Assembly: GCA_963755715.1 (NCBI GenBank)
Contig: CAVWLW010000001.1
Location: 96,001-160,000, forward strand
Reading direction: 5' to 3'
DNA length: 64,000 nucleotides
Origin: an uncultured delta proteobacterium
GTDB lineage: Bacteria > Desulfobacterota > Binatia > UBA9968
Positions within the stretch are counted from its first letter, which is position 1, and every line of letters begins with the position of its first letter. Below, piece after piece: positions 58,326-64,000 of this stretch. Position numbers and translations under genes: made by a program. The notes beneath the pieces were generated by a model. That model had not been told where the DNA came from. It did no database searches and saw nothing but the letters and a program-made list of their open reading frames with translations.

Positions 58326-59099
58326 ATGGAAGACTGGCTCGAAATCGCGGGCAATAAGTATCGCTCTCGGCTGATCGTCGGCACCGGCAAATACAAGGAT
58401 TTCGCGGAGACCAAGCGGGCCATCGAAGTCTCCGGCGCGGAAATCGTCACCGTGGCCGTGCGCCGCGTCAACATCACGGATCCGAACAAAGAAAATTTGC
58501 TCGATTATCTCGATCCGAAAAAATACACGATCCTGCCGAACACGGCCGGTTGCTACAATGCCGACGACGCGGTGCGAACTTGCCGTCTGGCGCGCGAAGC
58601 CGGCGTGGGAAAATTGGTCAAGCTGGAAGTCATCGGCGACGATAAGACTCTCTTCCCCGATGTGCCGGCGACGCTTGAAGCCGCGAAAATACTGGTCAAA
58701 GAAGGTTTCGACGTTCTGCCTTACATCACCGACGATCCGATTACCGCAAAAAAGCTGCAAGACATCGGTTGCGCCGCGGTCATGCCATTGGCCGCGCCTA
58801 TCGGCTCGGGGCTGGGCATTCGTAACCCCTATAATATTCGTATCATCCTCGAATATGCCACGGTTCCGGTGATCGTCGACGCCGGCGTCGGCACGGCATC
58901 CGATGCCGCGATGGCGATGGAGATGGGCTGCCACGGCGTGCTCATGAACACAGCGATCGCCGGCGCCAAGGATCCGATCCTCATGGCCGAAGCCATGCGC
59001 CAAGGAGTCGAAGCCGGCCGCAAGGCTTTCCTCGCCGGAAGAATTCCCAAAAAGCTCTACGCCACCGCCTCCAGCCCGCTGGATGGAATGCTGAATTGA
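58326..59099 (+). CDS. thiG: Thiazole synthase
   Basis: SRL.VGTGKY, LPNTAGC, KLEVIGD, MPL.APIGSG.G, VDAGVG. Confidence 0.96.
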   Translation: MEDWLEIAGNKYRSRLIVGTGKYKDFAETKRAIEVSGAEIVTVAVRRVNITDPNKENLLDYLDPKKYTILPNTAGCYNADDAVRTCRLAREAGVGKLVKLEVIGDDKTLFPDVPATLEAAKILVKEGFDVLPYITDDPITAKKLQDIGCAAVMPLAAPIGSGLGIRNPYNIRIILEYATVPVIVDAGVGTASDAAMAMEMGCHGVLMNTAIAGAKDPILMAEAMRQGVEAGRKAFLAGRIPKKLYATASSPLDGMLN

Positions 59100-59108
59100 T
59101 CAGCGCAA

Positions 59109-59736
59109 GTGGCGACACCCAATTTTGATCTTTATCTCGTCACAGATCGGACCCAAACACGGGGACGAGATCTGCTCTCGGTGCTGGAGCAAGCGCTGGA
59201 GGGCGGCGTCCAAGCGATCCAGCTTCGGGAAAAGGATCTTGGCGGCAAAGCGCTGTTCGATCTCGCTGAGAAGACGCGCGAGCTGTGCGACCGCTACGAT
59301 GCGCTGCTGCTGATCAACGATCGCATCGACGTCGCCCTTGCCGTCGACGCCGCGGGCGTGCAATTGAATAAAACCTCGCTTCCGATCAGCGCCGCCCGAA
59401 CGCTTCTTGGCGCGCAAAAACTGATCGGCGCCTCGACCCATTCACTCGATGAAGCCCGCCAGGCTCAAAGCAGCGGCGCCGATTTCGTCCTCTTCGGTCC
59501 GGTTTACTTCTACGCCGTCCAAAGCCAGTTTTGGCGCGCCCCAAGGTCTCGACGCGCTAAAGAAAATAGTGGCAAACTTGCGCGTGCCCGTCTATGCTAT
59601 CGGCGGCATCAAGCCTGAGAATATCATTGATGTTCATAGTGTAGGCGTCCGCGGCGTTGCGCTCATCTCGGCGATTATCGGCGCGGACCGACCGAAAGAG
59701 GCTGCAACCACGATGGCGCAAATGCTACGGAGGTGA
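59109..59736 (+). CDS. thiE: Thiamine-phosphate synthase / TenI-like (frameshift near 59510)
   Basis: LYLVTD, QLREKD, INDRID, STHS, GPVY, YAIGGI. Confidence 0.85.
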
Positions 59737-59740
59737 GTGC

Positions 59741-60046
59741 TTGGGAGAGGCCCTCGAGAAAGTTGCGACCTATCTACAACCCAATCCGTTCTTGGCTTTG
59801 GGCATAGCCTTCGTTGCCGGGTTTGCAGCTATTAAAACCGTCGCTCACGACCGAAGGGCTGGCTTTGTCCTCTTCCTGCTCATCGGCGTGATTGGTTTAT
59901 TCCTGGGCGAGTTCGTGTTAATTTACTTCCAGCTTGACGAGTACTTGGAAACCATCAGCCAATTCCGGCTATTGTTTGATTTCATCGCTGCTTATATCGG
60001 CTCTTTCGTCGTCGCGGCGATCATCCACTTCATAAGACCCACCTGA
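59741..60046 (+). CDS. Small three-TM membrane protein (GlsB/YeaQ-like)
   Basis: IAFVAGF.A, LIGVIG.FLG, A.IGS pattern. Confidence 0.6.
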   Translation: MGEALEKVATYLQPNPFLALGIAFVAGFAAIKTVAHDRRAGFVLFLLIGVIGLFLGEFVLIYFQLDEYLETISQFRLLFDFIAAYIGSFVVAAIIHFIRPT

Positions 60047-60122
<76 letters not shown>

Positions 60123-60199
60123 GTTTTTCAATAACTTGGAAGGCGGCTTTCTCTTCCGGAGCCTGATTTTCGCCAAAATGTTTCCATTTTGTTTCCATA

Positions 60200-60398
60200 C
60201 AAAATTGGTCAGGAACTTCGGATGCGTCATCGAGTCTATCAACGGCCTGGCGATTACCGCCCGGAACGAGATGGCCATAGATATCGACTGTGACGTCAAT
60301 TGACGAGTGCCCCATCTGCTCCTTCACATAGGCAACACTCTCCCCTTGCTGAATGAGCAGGCTCGCAAACGTGTGCCTCAGAAAATGGAGATTGCGCG
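60200..60398 (-). pseudogene. Tyrosine recombinase (phage integrase) C-terminal remnant
   Basis: HFLRHTFASLL, MGHSSI.VT.DIYGH; directly downstream of the tRNA. Confidence 0.85.
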
Positions 60399-61184
60399 TC
60401 AGACCGGGAAGTGAACGCCCCAGAAGAGACGCACCTCGAGGTCGTCCGCCATGTTGCTGCCGTGCGTCCCACGCCCCGTCGACGGATCGATGTGCGTGCC
60501 GTGATCTGACACGAATGCAACGGCGTGTGACGTGGTTGCCCACCGGTCGCGCGCCGCGCGAGCGACGCGATCGAAGTTGCGTACGTGGTTGGCCATCGCG
60601 CGCAGGGCCTCTGGACTCCGTGGTACCGTGGCGTGCATCTTGTCGTCGTACTCCTGCTGGTACGCCAGAATGAAGTCATGCTGGTCCGCTGCGACGAGAT
60701 TGAGCGTCCGCTCAATAACCTCCTCGTCGTAGGTCTCGGTGAAGTAGTCAATCCTCCGACTCCGGAAGATCAGATCGATTGAGGAGTTCTCCACGGCCAC
60801 GATGGCGACACGGCGGCCGGCCCGCGAGAGCGCGTCGAAGAGGGTGTCGCAGGTCAGCGTCGGCCTTTCGGACTTGCGGATGCCATGGGTGTCCGGAGGG
60901 GCGCCCGTGAACATCGATGCGAAGCAGACGGGTGTGACCGAGGGCATCACGGCGCATGCTTCAACCGATGTTGGTGCGTGGCGCGCGACCGGCTCAAAGG
61001 CCTCCGCGTATGAGCGGACCAGGTGCGCACCGATCGCGTCGGCTGCGAACACGAGTGCCTTCGTCACGGTTCGACGCGCCGCGAACGCAGCGACCTCGCT
61101 GAATGGGGGCGCGACGCAATCGGCCGGTCTGGGAATCCCGAAGAGGTCACATACAGTGCTCGTCACCGACGCCACGTCAAGCAT
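60399..61184 (-). CDS. Alkaline-phosphatase-superfamily protein (PglZ/phosphodiesterase-like)
   Basis: ADAIG, PSVTPVCFASMFTG..P..HG, D...H, SDHG. Confidence 0.75.
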   Translation of the reverse strand: MLDVASVTSTVCDLFGIPRPADCVAPPFSEVAAFAARRTVTKALVFAADAIGAHLVRSYAEAFEPVARHAPTSVEACAVMPSVTPVCFASMFTGAPPDTHGIRKSERPTLTCDTLFDALSRAGRRVAIVAVENSSIDLIFRSRRIDYFTETYDEEVIERTLNLVAADQHDFILAYQQEYDDKMHATVPRSPEALRAMANHVRNFDRVARAARDRWATTSHAVAFVSDHGTHIDPSTGRGTHGSNMADDLEVRLFWGVHFPV

Positions 61185-61640
61185 GCCTCGCATCATCTCG
61201 GATTCCGGCGGAGGGAGCAAGGGGTCCCGGCACCCGGGTCGACGTCGCCCGTCGCTCCGAAGCGCGCTAACCCATGCACACGAGGTATGCTGGGCGCCAC
61301 TGGCAACCTAACTAACGTGGAATATACATCTTGCTACAGCCGACGAACAGGCTACCTTGTGAGACCAGCCGACCACGCTGTTACTTCAATAGAGGGGCCG
61401 ATGTCCAGCTCTGTCCGCAGTTCGGTGCCGAAGTTGACATAAGACCCCATGTCGGATACGCCCCGCCCAAAAATACAGCTGTGAGGTTGGTTCGCTCTTT
61501 GCGGCGGCGCGTTTCGGCTCTTAAGGCCGGGGTGGCGGGCGATCGTCGTCGGAATTTTTAAATTCTTGGTGGCGGACCTTCAAAAGCAAATTCCTATCAG
61601 TAATTTCTATCAGTTTGAATCGTCTAATCGAAAGGTTGGT

Positions 61641-62490
61641 ATGAGAGCGCGATTGTTAACAATCACGGGACTGGTGATATTATCTTTGCTCACCGCGATT
61701 TCCGAGGCGGATCAACCGTCAAGCAAAGCTTCAAACGTAGTTCCGGTTTATCAACCCAAGCATTATCCTTTTGACGGGGGCGAGAGATTGGTTTATCACG
61801 CCAGTTGGAATGGGCTGTTCTCCGTGGCAACCGCCACGGTTCATACAACGTCGGAATGGGTCGATGGCCAAAAATTTTACAACGTTCGCGTCGAAGCGAG
61901 TTCATCAAAGCTCTTGGACTTCATCTGGAAAATGCGGGACACGATCACATCAAAAATAAATGCCAATGGCCTTACGCCGACGCATTTCACGTTCAGCCAG
62001 AGAGAAAATCGCAAAGTCATTGATACCGTCGCGAGTTTTGACCGGACCACGAAAACATGGTCGGTGCAATCGAGATGAGCGAGAGAAGGTTAAACGCTAT
62101 CAGTTCGATCAACCGAACAATACGCTCGACGTGATCACGGCCGTTTACCTTGCCAGAAGCCTAGACTTCAAAGTGGGCGACCATCTTTATTTTCATATCT
62201 TCGGCGGAAAGTACCGCTATCTGTTGGATTTACAAGTGGAATGTAAGGAAACTATCCGACTCAAGTCCGGCAATATCGAAGCGTTTAAGTTCGTTCCGAG
62301 GATTGAGGATGTTCTGCAAGAGGGATACGCAACAAGATTGAATGAAGCGGCTGTTTGGATATCCGCCGATGAGCGTCGCCTGCCGGTCATGCTCAAAGGC
62401 AAGATTATTTTCGGCAGCGTCTACATTGAAATCTCGGATGATAGCGCTCCGATCCAGACATTTTCGGAAAAGAACTCCCGATCTTCGTAA
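61641..62490 (+). CDS. DUF3108-like exported protein (frameshift near 62070)
   Basis: Signal peptide, GERL.Y, D.ITA.Y..R, W.S.DERRLPV.....I.FG.V. Confidence 0.75.
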
Positions 62491-62529
62491 CTCTGCCCGT
62501 TTCAACACTATTCCCGCCCTTCGCGGTAT

Positions 62530-62740
62530 TAAAATGAACCCGGTCCTAAAGAAAAATTTCGCGGTCTTCCCCGTCCTGGATTGGATTGCGACTCTCGCCG
62601 CGCACATCCCCGACAAAGGCGAGCAACTGCTCCGGTACTATGGCTACTACAGCAATGTGTCGCGGGGAAAAAGAAAAAAGCAAAAGCCCGAAGAGAAAAC
62701 CGAGATTCGTCCGATCGACGCGCCGCCGATCTACTGGGCA
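62530..62740 (+). mobile_element. IS91-family (Y2) transposase C-terminal remnant
   Basis: LDWIA.L..HIPDKGEQL.RYYGYYSNVSRGKRKK. Confidence 0.8.
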
Positions 62741-62777
62741 CCTCGTGTTTCAGCCCACACGCTGTACTTTACCCCTT

Positions 62778-63743
62778 TTAGCTCGCCGGTATCTCTGGTT
62801 GCCGTGAATCATAGCGAACCCAACGACTAAATGGGCTGATTTCCTTGTCAAAGATAAATTTGAGCACGAGTCGCGTATAGGACTGGTAGGCAAATAAGGT
62901 CCGGTAAAATTCAGGAGCCATGCGGTAAAGCTGCGGCAGTCTGCTCCACGCGACCATGGGAAAGTCATGATGTTCATTATGAAATCCCATATTGAACATC
63001 ACCCAATTGAGCGGGCCATAATACGAATAGGTCTCTTGCTGTTTGCCCATAACATCATAGTGCTCTTGAATCCAGCGGCCGCCTAACGGATGCAACCCCA
63101 AAGCAAAGAATGTCGAGAGGAGCAAATACATCAGTCCACCCCACCCTACATACAACCAGAGCCAGTAACTCACCCCTAACTGCAAGGCGATATTGGTAAA
63201 CACCCACGGGTCGACAAACGATTGGCCCGGAACCTTTAGTGGCCGCAAGGCTTGCGAGACAGACAACAAAGCGAGCCACAGCGACTTGCGCAGAGGACCA
63301 TGACCAATCAGCCGGCCTTCAAATTGGCTCACCACGTCCGGATCCATCGTTATTTTATTTAGGTGTTGGTGATGCAAAAGATGATACTTTCTGAAACTCA
63401 TAGCGCTGGGGATAATTAAGGCAAAATCACAACTGAGGCCGGCAAGCTTGTTTAACACTGGTATTGCGAAAATTAAGTTGTGCGTTGCCTCATGCATTAA
63501 CACATACAACCCATGATTGAGAACCGCGCCAGCAAGATAAGCCACAGGCAAAATCACGTACCACGGCTGATCGCAAAGCAGCCAGGCCACTGTCCATTGC
63601 AGAGCGACCAGCCCGACAATGAGGAGGGCTGACAGAGGATAAGGGCCAAACAATACCTTCACCTCGGGATAATGTTTAATGATGTCTTTACGGCGTTGGG
63701 TGTGAACCTGCTCAGACTGTCCGTTGATGGTGAAGGAATCCAT
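62778..63743 (-). CDS. Membrane fatty-acid desaturase of the sphingolipid delta-4 desaturase (DES/DEGS) type
   Basis: N-terminal H..RR..I...YPEVK.L.GP; His boxes HEATH, HLLHH, HNEHH; ETYSYYGPLN. Confidence 0.85.
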   Translation of the reverse strand: MDSFTINGQSEQVHTQRRKDIIKHYPEVKVLFGPYPLSALLIVGLVALQWTVAWLLCDQPWYVILPVAYLAGAVLNHGLYVLMHEATHNLIFAIPVLNKLAGLSCDFALIIPSAMSFRKYHLLHHQHLNKITMDPDVVSQFEGRLIGHGPLRKSLWLALLSVSQALRPLKVPGQSFVDPWVFTNIALQLGVSYWLWLYVGWGGLMYLLLSTFFALGLHPLGGRWIQEHYDVMGKQQETYSYYGPLNWVMFNMGFHNEHHDFPMVAWSRLPQLYRMAPEFYRTLFAYQSYTRLVLKFIFDKEISPFSRWVRYDSRQPEIPAS

Positions 63744-64000
63744 AGGAATAGGAATTTTATACCCCTTTTTTCTGAGCTGAGATATAGCGCCAGTGCGCCG
63801 AGCCCGTCAAGCACAGCCGAGAACGCTATAAAAAAGGTAAAAAAACCAGCGTATTTTATCGAAGGTCTTCAGGCAGGTAAACGGAACGCTTCATGATCGG
63901 CGTTCTTTAACCTCTTTCAGCTTGAGTCCCGGCTGCACAAAATCAGGAAACATCGGCCGGAGATTTTTGCTCGGCGGTCCTTGCGGTGAAAGCCGACACC

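Noticed and set aside
62076-62078. TGA inside the DUF3108-like gene as selenocysteine or readthrough
   Set aside because: The continuation is in a different frame, so this is an indel rather than an in-frame stop.

Overview
A 64 kb bacterial chromosomal segment of moderately high GC. The gene repertoire (many SsuA/THI5-like and PhtD-like binding proteins, amidohydrolases, class II aldolases) suggests a Deltaproteobacteria-like lineage such as Ca. Binatia, but that is inference only. About a dozen otherwise intact genes are split by single frameshifts, which probably reflects long-read indel errors. Contents: an iron/B12 ABC transporter end; an SDR plus two acyl-CoA dehydrogenases; a protease-rich block (two HtrA, LonC-type, BepA, PepF); a divergent ychF; ribBA with a dead GTP cyclohydrolase II domain; panE; a diheme cytochrome c with a contracted CxCH motif; MoxR; mltG; glgP; two paralogous exported M15-like metallopeptidase candidates; a Tat-exported PaoABC-like Mo oxidoreductase; holA with a PLD nuclease and an OB-fold protein; a TPP riboswitch with thiSGE; and tRNA-Thr(CGT) followed by a decayed island (integrase and IS91 remnants, DEGS1-like desaturase). 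The most striking feature is a MarR-associated operon at about 41.5-49.5 kb. It joins the DHAP-shunt trio (nucleoside phosphorylase, MtnA-like isomerase, class II aldolase) to lipid-handling parts (SCP2 domain fused to the aldolase, acyl-CoA ligase, CCG Fe-S oxidoreductase, nearby PPTase). This is a candidate pathway for cleaving a lipophilic 5'-substituted nucleoside, possibly adenosylhopane.
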